From contig JBMFRX010000020.1 in assembly GCA_049967855.1 (NCBI GenBank), positions 1 to 20,751 on the forward strand: a stretch of 20,751 bases of DNA. Direction: 5' to 3'. Under the pieces are notes generated by a model, which was given only the letters and a program-made list of their open reading frames with translations, had not been told where the DNA came from and ran no database searches. The DNA comes from Caldisericaceae bacterium. Its GTDB lineage: Bacteria; Caldisericota; Caldisericia; Caldisericales; Caldisericaceae. Both the position numbers and the translations under genes were made by a program. Positions 8,976 through 15,940 of this stretch are shown here, piece after piece (positions within the stretch are counted from its first letter, which is position 1; each line of letters begins with the position of its first letter).

Positions 8976-9167
8976 ATGGCACAGCCAAAAAAGAAAACGA
9001 CAAGAAGTAGAAAAGGAATGAGGCAGTGGAAGGAAAACATTGATAAACCAAATTTAGTCGAGTGCCCTCATTGCCACAACTTGATTCTTCCTCACCATGT
9101 GTGTCCCTATTGCGGATACTACGATGGGAAAGAGGTATTGGCAGTAGAAAAAGAAAAGAAACAGTAA
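8976..9167 (+). CDS. rpmF: 50S ribosomal protein L32 (zinc-ribbon form)
   Basis: MAQPKKKTTRSRKGMR...CPHC...PHHVCPYCGYY; SD AAGGAG (8962-8967) before ATG 8976. Confidence 0.95.
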   Translation: MAQPKKKTTRSRKGMRQWKENIDKPNLVECPHCHNLILPHHVCPYCGYYDGKEVLAVEKEKKQ

Positions 9168-9169
9168 CA

Positions 9170-9306
9170 ATGAAACTCGACCGAGGTGGCATTGGGGGAG
9201 AGTTATACTCCCCCATGAGTTCATATAAACAAAAGAGGCGCATCTCAGACGAATCATATTATGGCTGGCATTGATAAGGAAATGATAACAAAATGAAATT
9301 GAGAGG
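9170..9306 (+). pseudogene. plsX: Probable decayed N-terminal fragment of plsX (phosphate acyltransferase)
   Basis: Sits at the canonical plsX position, 2 nt after the rpmF stop. MKLDRGGIGGE aligns without gaps to the PlsX start MKIAVD(A/G)MGGD. Two +1 shifts then give YTP and HEFI* (cf. YAPHEIV), and HIMAGIDKEMI follows (cf. IILVGDKEKI). Alignment is by eye only. Confidence 0.55.
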
Positions 9307-9314
9307 ACGGCAAA

Positions 9315-10082
9315 GTGAGTTTATTCCCTAATAAGAACCCGAAGAATGCTTCTATTGACAAGCTTATTGCCGAAAAAGTCTCTTTGCTTGAGAAACTGAT
9401 TGGCAAAAAAATACGAAAGAATAAGCCGCTCTTTATTACTGCAATTACTCATTCATCATTTAGTGGAGAAAACAAGGAATTCAATTCAAATGAGAGGCTT
9501 GAGTTCATTGGAGATTCTGTGTTATCGCTTTCAATCACCCATTTTATTTTTGAGAACTTCAAGGAACTCTCCGAAGGAGATTTAAGCAAAAAGAGGGCTT
9601 ATATAGTAAGTGAAAAGAGCCTTTCCGAGAAAGCTTCCCAGCTAAATATTGGTAACATTATGCTCTTTGGGAAAGGTGAAAGTAAGAGCGGCGGACAATA
9701 CAAGAAGGCTATTATCGCAGATGCTCTTGAATCAATAATTGCAGCAATTTTTCTAAGTTGCGGCTTCGAAGAAGCAGAAAAGTTTGTTGTCAGAATATTT
9801 AAAAAAGAGCTTATCCAGCTTAAAAATATTGAGGCAACTGATTACAAAACGAGATTGCAGGAAATTGTGCAAAAGAATGTCCACAAAGTGCCTGAATATA
9901 AAATAATTTTTGAAGAAGGAAACCAATCTTCCAAAACATTCATTGCTGAAGTGAGGGTGAATGGAAAGAAAATTGGAGAGGGAAAAGGCTCCACTAAAAA
10001 AGAGGCAGAAGAAGCAGCTGCAATGGAGGCACTGAAGAGTGAGTATATTAACAAATTTGAAGAAGCTCCTGTCAAGAAATAA
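9315..10082 (+). CDS. rnc: Ribonuclease III
   Basis: AITHSS, signature NERLEFIGDSVL, ADALESIIAAIF, and dsRBD DYKTRLQE...GKGSTKKEAEEAAA. GTG start. Confidence 0.95.
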   Translation: MSLFPNKNPKNASIDKLIAEKVSLLEKLIGKKIRKNKPLFITAITHSSFSGENKEFNSNERLEFIGDSVLSLSITHFIFENFKELSEGDLSKKRAYIVSEKSLSEKASQLNIGNIMLFGKGESKSGGQYKKAIIADALESIIAAIFLSCGFEEAEKFVVRIFKKELIQLKNIEATDYKTRLQEIVQKNVHKVPEYKIIFEEGNQSSKTFIAEVRVNGKKIGEGKGSTKKEAEEAAAMEALKSEYINKFEEAPVKK

Positions 10083-10878
10083 CGGCAGTGAACTCAATGA
10101 TATAGAAGAGCTCTTACTGAAGAACAATTTTGGGATAGACTTTACAGAAACATTCCTTAAACTTCTGAAATCCGAAAATATAAGCAGTGCAAACGCAAGA
10201 GACTTCTTTGTTAGAAAAATAGAAGACGTATTCGATAAAGTGGACACACAAGTCAGGTTGAGTGAAGTTCCTCCGTCAGTAATTTTATTTGCTGGTTCGA
10301 ATGGCTCTGGAAAGACAACAACTATTGCAAAGGTTGCAAATCTGTTTCTCAAGCAAAAGAAATCTGTTGAACTCGTTGCCGCCGACACCTTCAGGTCTGG
10401 GGCTCTTGAACAGCTTTCAGAATGGGCGAAGAGACTTGACATTCCAATAGTAAAGCAAAAGGAAGGAAGTGATGCTGCAAGCGTTGTTTTCGATGGGCTA
10501 ACAAGTGCCATTGCTAACAAAATTGACATTGTTATTGTGGACACAGCAGGACGAGTCGAGACCAAGAAAAACCTTATTGGTGAAATACTCAAGATTGAGA
10601 ATGTAATTGAGAAAAAAATAGGCAGAAAACCAGATGAAACAATTGTAGTTATTGATGCCTTTTCTGGACAAAATGCTTTGGCTATAATCGAAACTTTCAC
10701 AAAAGCAATTAACATAACTGGAATAGCTATCTCCAAATTTGATGGAAGCTCTGCTCCAGGAATAATAGTACCGATAGCTGAAAAATACCATCTGCCCGTG
10801 AAATTCATAGGGACGGGTGAAAAAATAGATGACATTGAGTATTTCACAGTGCAAAGATACATTGAAAAAATAATTTAG
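10039..10878 (+). CDS. ftsY: Signal recognition particle receptor FtsY (short, NG domain only)
   Basis: GSNGSGKTTTIAK, AADTFR, DTAGR, SKFDG and GTGE SRP-GTPase motifs; upstream of ylxM-ffh. Confidence 0.92.
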   Translation: MSILTNLKKLLSRNNGSELNDIEELLLKNNFGIDFTETFLKLLKSENISSANARDFFVRKIEDVFDKVDTQVRLSEVPPSVILFAGSNGSGKTTTIAKVANLFLKQKKSVELVAADTFRSGALEQLSEWAKRLDIPIVKQKEGSDAASVVFDGLTSAIANKIDIVIVDTAGRVETKKNLIGEILKIENVIEKKIGRKPDETIVVIDAFSGQNALAIIETFTKAINITGIAISKFDGSSAPGIIVPIAEKYHLPVKFIGTGEKIDDIEYFTVQRYIEKII

Positions 10879-10889
10879 TGAGGTGACAT

Positions 10890-11279
10890 ATGAAAAAAGA
10901 ACTTTCAGCAAAAGAAAAAAAACTTATAAAGAAAAACAGAATAAAGGAGCTTATGGAAAGCTACACAGGGCTTCTTACAGAGAGAGAAAGAAAGATATTG
11001 ACGCTTTATGTAGACCCCAATAATAACGGGGCTCTTGTAGCAAGAAACTTAGGAGTTTCAAGGCAAGCAATTCATGACCACATAAGAAGAGCCGTTGGAA
11101 AGATGGAGCGCTGCGATTCAAAAGCTCATACGGTGGAAATCAGAAAAAAGGAAAAAAAGCTCCTCTTGGAACTTGAAGGCATAATCGATTCAGTCGCACA
11201 GCATTCAAAAGACAAAAATACTTTAGCTAAGATTGAAAAAGCAAAGAACTTGCTTGCAGAAATTGCAAAGCTTGGGTAG
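10890..11279 (+). CDS. ylxM: YlxM/UPF0122 helix-turn-helix protein
   Basis: Y-x-x-LLTERERKIL and LGVSRQAIHDHIRRA; lies between ftsY and ffh; SD GAGGTGA. Confidence 0.85.
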   Translation: MKKELSAKEKKLIKKNRIKELMESYTGLLTERERKILTLYVDPNNNGALVARNLGVSRQAIHDHIRRAVGKMERCDSKAHTVEIRKKEKKLLLELEGIIDSVAQHSKDKNTLAKIEKAKNLLAEIAKLG

Positions 11280-11288
11280 GAGGCTGCC

Positions 11289-12596
11289 ATTTTTGAGGGA
11301 CTAAAAGAAAACCTGGAAAAGGTTTTCAAAAAACTGTACAGCAAAGGGCGCCTCTCCGATGAGGACATACACTTAGCACTAAGAGAGCTGAGGGTAGCGC
11401 TTCTTGAGGCTGATGTTAACATAAAGATAGTAAGAGAGCTTATAGAAAATATTGAAAACAAGGCTCGTGAGAGTAAAGTTATTGATAGCATAACTCCTCA
11501 GGAGCAGATGCTATCCATTATTTACAGCGAGCTATCAAATATGCTTGGTACAGTTGAACCACTCAAATTGAACAAAGGTGCTCTAAATTATATTGTTTTG
11601 TGCGGTCTTCAGGGAAACGGCAAAACTACAACTGCTGGAAAACTTTCTTACTACTTGAAGAATAAAGGCTACAAAACTTTACTTGTTCCATTTGATTTTA
11701 AAAGGCCTGCCGCAAGAGAACAACTCATAAACATAGCGAAAAAAAATAACATAGATTATTTTGACACTAACAATTCTGAGCTGAACAATGCGATTAATGA
11801 TCTAGCTTCATTTCTGAAACAGAACAGCTATGAAGTTGCAATAATCGATACCGCAGGTAGAACAGATATTGATGCAGAAGTGATGGAAGAGCTGAGACTC
11901 ATAGTGAGCAAACTTGAACCCGCAGAAACAATCCTTGTAATGGATTCAACAATCGGTCAAACTTCTCTTGTCGTAGCCGAAGGCTTTATGAAATACGTAA
12001 ATCTCACGGGAGGTATTTTCACCAAATTCGACAGCTCTGCAAAGGGAGGTAGCGTACTCTCCTTTAGATACGTTGCAAAGGCGCCAATTAAGTTTATTGG
12101 AAATGGCGAGCATATTCAGGATCTTGAAATATTCGACCCAAATAGGATTATTTCAAGACTATTAGGCAAAGGAGATATACAAACACTTATTGAAAAGGCC
12201 GAAAATGCAATGTCAGCAAAAGAAAGCGAAGAGATTCTGAAAAAAGTTCAAACTGGCAACTTCAACTTCAATGATTTCAAAAGCCAGCTTCAAGGAATTG
12301 TCAAAATGGGTGGGTTAAACCAAATAATGAGTATGCTTCCACAAACGCAAGGTATAAAAATGCCTAAAGACTTCTCAGATGAGAAGTTCGTTAAGAGAAT
12401 GTTTGCAATAATCGACAGTATGACAAAAGAAGAAAGAGAAAACCCTGATATTATAAATGGCTCAAGAAAAGAAAGAATTGCAAAAGGGTCAGGAGTGTCA
12501 AAATTTGAAGTGAACCAGCTGATTAAAAATTTTTCTAACTTCAAAAATATGTCGAAACAATTTAAAGCTATTGACCGAATTATGAAATTAAGGTAA
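11289..12596 (+). CDS. ffh: Signal recognition particle protein Ffh (apparent ATT start)
   Basis: The frame upstream of ATG 11508 is open to 11289 and reads (I/M)FEGLKENLEKVFKKL...ELRVALLEADVN, the conserved Ffh N domain. AGGAGG (11278-11283) lies 5 nt before ATT. GLQGNGKTTT, DTAGR, TKFD and M-domain SRKERIAKGSG are present. Confidence 0.93.
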   Translation: MFEGLKENLEKVFKKLYSKGRLSDEDIHLALRELRVALLEADVNIKIVRELIENIENKARESKVIDSITPQEQMLSIIYSELSNMLGTVEPLKLNKGALNYIVLCGLQGNGKTTTAGKLSYYLKNKGYKTLLVPFDFKRPAAREQLINIAKKNNIDYFDTNNSELNNAINDLASFLKQNSYEVAIIDTAGRTDIDAEVMEELRLIVSKLEPAETILVMDSTIGQTSLVVAEGFMKYVNLTGGIFTKFDSSAKGGSVLSFRYVAKAPIKFIGNGEHIQDLEIFDPNRIISRLLGKGDIQTLIEKAENAMSAKESEEILKKVQTGNFNFNDFKSQLQGIVKMGGLNQIMSMLPQTQGIKMPKDFSDEKFVKRMFAIIDSMTKEERENPDIINGSRKERIAKGSGVSKFEVNQLIKNFSNFKNMSKQFKAIDRIMKLR

Positions 12597-12599
12597 AAT
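12571..12599 (+). promoter_or_regulatory. Putative internal sigma70/sigmaA promoter for the rpsP-khpA-ylqD-trmD unit
   Basis: TTGACC (12571-12576), 17 nt spacer, TAAAAT (12594-12599); the -10 box overlaps the ffh stop codon. Confidence 0.6.
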
Positions 12600-12630
12600 A
12601 CTATGATAAATTTATTAGGAGGTTTCAAAA

Positions 12631-12906
12631 TTGGCTACAAAAATTAAACTTGCTAGAGTAGGAGCACCTCATCGGGCATCTTACAGAATTATAGTTACTG
12701 ACTCACGTAAAGCTTGCGATAGCAGCTTTATAGAGAATGTTGGTTTCTGGGACCCAGTCGCTGAACCTGAAGAGATTAAGGTAAAGCAGGATAGGATCCT
12801 TGAATGGCTTTCCAAGGGAGCTGAACCTACGGAAGGCGTTGTTAAAATCCTTAAGAGAGCAAAAGTTTGGAGCGAGTTTCTTAAACTACAAGGAGGCAAC
12901 AAATGA
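12631..12906 (+). CDS. rpsP: 30S ribosomal protein S16
   Basis: KIKLARVG...YRIIVTDSR...FIENVGFWDP...WLSKGAEPT; TTG start preceded by AGGAGG. Confidence 0.95.
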   Translation: MATKIKLARVGAPHRASYRIIVTDSRKACDSSFIENVGFWDPVAEPEEIKVKQDRILEWLSKGAEPTEGVVKILKRAKVWSEFLKLQGGNK

Positions 12907-13148
12907 AAGAACTAATCGAGAACATTGTTAAGGCATTAGTTGACAATCCAGAACAAGTTAACATCCAGGAAATTGCAGGCGAACAAGCGGTTATATATGA
13001 GATTAAGGTTGCAGACGCTGACATCGGAAAAGTTATCGGCAAGCAGGGAAAAACGGCGAACGCTCTAAGGACAATCGTAAAGGCTGCTTCAAGTAAAATC
13101 GGCAAGAACGCAAGCATACAGATTAATTCTAAGCCTAAAGAAGAATAG
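12903..13148 (+). CDS. khpA: KH-domain RNA-binding protein KhpA (YlqC)
   Basis: MKELIENIVKALVDNPEQV...DIGKVIGKQGKTANALRT (GxxG loop); ATGA overlap with rpsP. Confidence 0.92.
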   Translation: MKELIENIVKALVDNPEQVNIQEIAGEQAVIYEIKVADADIGKVIGKQGKTANALRTIVKAASSKIGKNASIQINSKPKEE

Positions 13149-13159
13149 TAGGTAACCCG

Positions 13160-13576
13160 ATGAGCGTGCTTCATTTAAAACAGAATGTTGTAGTAAAAGT
13201 AATTGTTACGGACCAGTTCAAGCAAGATTTCAAAAAAGAGCTTGAGAGACAACTTGCAAGCGCTGAAGAAAAAGCGAAGGAATATAAATCATCACTTGCC
13301 CGTTTAGTAATTGAAAGCTCAGGAATGGGTAACACTAGCTATGTAGAGTCCCTGAAGGCAAAGATAGAAGAGGAAAGAATGCTCCAGGAAGCTCTTGCTT
13401 CGGAGTTGAAAGAAAGACTCAAGGAAGTTGATTCCCTAACAATTGATTCCATCTTCCCTTATACTGTACTTGAAGGTTTTGTCGATGTAAATGAAGGAGA
13501 CAACCTTTTAAGAAAGGTTTCCTCTCAAGAAGTAGTAATCAAAGACGGAATAGTTGTATCAATTAAAGAAGATTAA
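13160..13576 (+). CDS. ylqD: YlqD family protein
   Basis: V-x-VKVIVTDQFK, central coiled coil, and C-terminal GFVDVNEGDNL...EVVIKDGIVVSI; follows khpA. Confidence 0.8.
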   Translation: MSVLHLKQNVVVKVIVTDQFKQDFKKELERQLASAEEKAKEYKSSLARLVIESSGMGNTSYVESLKAKIEEERMLQEALASELKERLKEVDSLTIDSIFPYTVLEGFVDVNEGDNLLRKVSSQEVVIKDGIVVSIKED

Positions 13577-13581
13577 TCTAT

Positions 13582-13604
13582 GGCACCCATTTTCAGCGGG
13601 TGCC
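13582..13604 (+). promoter_or_regulatory. GC-rich stem-loop directly upstream of the trmD start
   Basis: GGCACCC (13582-13588), 9 nt loop, GGGTGCC (13598-13604): a perfect 7-bp stem with no U-tract, ending 9 nt before the ATG. Confidence 0.5.
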
Positions 13605-13613
13605 TGAGCTATT

Positions 13614-14372
13614 ATGGATATTCACATAATAACCATTTTTCAAGAATTTTTTGAAGACTCGATAGACTTCGGCATTTTCAAAATAGCAAGAGACAAGGCT
13701 ATAGTCAATTTCCATATTCATAATCTGCGTGATTTTACACTTGACAAGCACAAAACAACAGACGACACAACATACGGTGGAGGGGCAGGAATGGTTATGA
13801 AAATAGAACCCCTGCATAAGTCTTTGCAGTACGTTGAAAACAACTATGGCACCTCATACAAAATACTGATTACACCACAGGGTGAAATTCTTAACCAGAA
13901 TATAGCGTCATTCTTAAGCAAAAAAGAATCTATTACTCTTATCCCAGCCCATTATGAAGGTGTAGATGAACGTATAAACAATTACGTTGATATGGAGCTT
14001 TCAATTGGTGATTACATCCTTAGTGGAGGCGAGATTCCGGCTCTTGTAATAATGGATGCCACAATACGCCTCATTGAAGGAGTTCTTGGTAATAATGCTT
14101 CACTCGAGGAGGAAAGTTTTTCGCGCTCCTTGCTCGAGTACCCACAGTACACGAAGCCAAAAGATTACCAGGGTGAAAGTGTGCCAGAGATACTGAGAAA
14201 CGGGAATCACGAACTCATCAGAAAGTGGAGATTGAAGGAGTCTTTGAAGCGAACTTTGATAAAAAGGCCTGACCTTTTGATAGGAAGAGTTTTTACCAAA
14301 GAAGAAAAAGCCTCTCTTGAAGAAATAAAAAGAGAAATTGAAGAAACATTTAGGAATATTGAAAAAAGATGA
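13614..14372 (+). CDS. trmD: tRNA (guanine37-N1)-methyltransferase
   Basis: NLRDFT, DD..YGGGAGMVMK, TPQG, HYEGVDER, SIGDYILSGGE, LLEYPQYT, GNHELIRKWR. Confidence 0.96.
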   Translation: MDIHIITIFQEFFEDSIDFGIFKIARDKAIVNFHIHNLRDFTLDKHKTTDDTTYGGGAGMVMKIEPLHKSLQYVENNYGTSYKILITPQGEILNQNIASFLSKKESITLIPAHYEGVDERINNYVDMELSIGDYILSGGEIPALVIMDATIRLIEGVLGNNASLEEESFSRSLLEYPQYTKPKDYQGESVPEILRNGNHELIRKWRLKESLKRTLIKRPDLLIGRVFTKEEKASLEEIKREIEETFRNIEKR

Positions 14373-14947
14373 ACCTTTACATTATTCTTCTTCATTACCC
14401 TGTTTATAACAAGAACAAGGAAATCGTAGCAACAAGCATAGTAACGCACGACATTCATGACATTTCACGAGCATCAAAGACATTTGGCGTAAAAACCTTC
14501 TATGTTGTGCAACCTCTCGAAAATGAAAGAAAGATGGTTGAAAGGATTTTACAGTTCTGGAGTACCAAGGGAAAAGACTACAACCCAAACAGATTAGAAG
14601 CAGTTTCCGTACTTTCGTTGAAGGAAAGCTTGAAAGATGTGATAGATGAAATAAGCGCTTCAGAGAAAACAAAACCAGTTTTGATAGGTACTTCCGCTCA
14701 AGACCAAGGCAAAAACCAAATCACTTTCAAGGAAACTGCTGAACTGCTAAGCCATCAAAAACCTGTTGCAATAGTTTTCGGAACTGGATGGGGAATCGCA
14801 CCAGAAGCTAAAGCGCAATTGGAATTCTTCCTGCCACCGATAAACGGTTTGGGAGAATTCAACCACCTGTCAGTTCGCAGTGCAGCATCCATTGTTCTTG
14901 ACAGGATAATTTCTGCCTACAAAGACCTAATGCTTTTGCATCCTTAG
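14369..14947 (+). CDS. SPOUT-family SAM-dependent RNA methyltransferase of the type found next to or fused with TrmD
   Basis: LLHYPVYNK, DIHDISR..KTFGV, FGTGWG and FNHLSVRSAASIVLDR; ATGA overlap with trmD. Confidence 0.85.
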   Translation: MNLYIILLHYPVYNKNKEIVATSIVTHDIHDISRASKTFGVKTFYVVQPLENERKMVERILQFWSTKGKDYNPNRLEAVSVLSLKESLKDVIDEISASEKTKPVLIGTSAQDQGKNQITFKETAELLSHQKPVAIVFGTGWGIAPEAKAQLEFFLPPINGLGEFNHLSVRSAASIVLDRIISAYKDLMLLHP

Positions 14948-15823
14948 CGGATTTACAAAAAACAAACCAAGTATTATAACTAATCCTCCAATAAGCATTA
15001 CAAAATTAATCTTTTCTTGCAGAAATATAACTCCACTTAAACTTCCTATTATTGGATTTAAATAAACAAACGCACCCGTGGATGTAGCTTCTTTAAATTC
15101 AAGAGCTTTAAACCAGACTCCGTACCCAAGCAATATGCAAAGAAACCCAAGATAAATAATGGCAAACAAAGATTGAGCACTCATATGCATAATCTCATAG
15201 ACATTCTGTGGTCTGAGAAAAAACACCAGTAAAAGCGTGCCAATGAAAATTGCCCATACTGTAACATCAAGAGGCCTGTATTTGTCATAAAGAGATTTCG
15301 AAAGTACGGTTGATAAAGCCCAAGATGTCACCGAGGAAAGACTCAGCAAGACTCCAAGGCTGTTTTTCACCTGAAAACTAGCAGAAATCCCGTAGGTCAA
15401 AACAAGCACTCCAATAACAGAAACTGCAAATCCAAAAATTCTCTTTTCTCCTAATTTTTCTTTCAGTATCAATGAAGAGAAAATTCCTGTAAGCACAGGA
15501 CTGAAACCAGCTACAAGCGCTGCCACAGAAGCATTTATCATTGTTTCGGCATTGTTCAAGAAGAGGTGGTATGATGGAACTATGAGTATGCCGATAAGAA
15601 TAATCTTTAGAATATCTCTTTTATCAACTCTGAATATCCTGTAAAGCGATGGGAAAAAGAAAAGGAAAGGAAAAACTATGAAAAACCTTGCCATTGCAAT
15701 GGACGTTGGAGATAGGTCCCTTCCAGCAATTTTTATGAGAGTATATGCATTTGCCCAAATAAAAAACAACCCGACAAGGCTTGCGTTAACCAGAAAACTT
15801 TTGTTAAAGAATCTCTCTTTCAT
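14927..15823 (-). CDS. EamA/DMT family transporter
   Basis: About 10 hydrophobic segments in two repeats; IW..Y..IK, ARF, ILKEKL, YLNPIIG and FLQEKI; SD GGAGG upstream. Confidence 0.9.
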   Translation of the reverse strand: MKERFFNKSFLVNASLVGLFFIWANAYTLIKIAGRDLSPTSIAMARFFIVFPFLFFFPSLYRIFRVDKRDILKIILIGILIVPSYHLFLNNAETMINASVAALVAGFSPVLTGIFSSLILKEKLGEKRIFGFAVSVIGVLVLTYGISASFQVKNSLGVLLSLSSVTSWALSTVLSKSLYDKYRPLDVTVWAIFIGTLLLVFFLRPQNVYEIMHMSAQSLFAIIYLGFLCILLGYGVWFKALEFKEATSTGAFVYLNPIIGSLSGVIFLQEKINFVMLIGGLVIILGLFFVNPLRMQKH

Positions 15824-15847
15824 AAAGTAACCTCCACAGTATTTGAT

Positions 15848-15876
15848 ATTTTAATAGATTATTGAGATTTCCGCAA
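15848..15876 (-). promoter_or_regulatory. Putative promoter for the EamA gene
   Basis: Minus strand TTGCGG, 17 nt spacer, TAAAAT. Confidence 0.45.
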
Positions 15877-15892
15877 TATGTTTTTCAAAAAA

Positions 15893-15922
15893 TTGGAAAA
15901 ACAAATGCATATTTGCTATAAT
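15893..15922 (+). promoter_or_regulatory. Putative extended -10 promoter for the MFS gene
   Basis: TTGGAA (15893-15898), 18 nt spacer, and TATAAT (15917-15922) preceded by TGc. Confidence 0.6.
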
Positions 15923-15940
15923 ATCATATATGAGGAGTCT

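Noticed and set aside
9168..9314. SRP RNA or other known ncRNA in the rpmF-rnc gap
   Set aside because: No SRP domain IV motif (CAGG...GNRA...AGCAG) or other family signature that I recognise.
9753..10862. 369-aa antisense ORF over rnc and ftsY
   Set aside because: It lies wholly opposite two conserved genes, in the same stop-poor antisense phase as the sbcC shadows over ftsY, with no recognisable domain.
11277..11279. Genome-wide TAG recoding (pyrrolysine or alternative code)
   Set aside because: TAG ends holB, ricT, sbcC, leuS and ftsY at their expected C-termini, and no conserved gene has an internal TAG.
15878..15940. Longer MFS N-terminus from ATG 15878
   Set aside because: It spans the predicted promoter and lacks an SD; ATG 15941 fits better.
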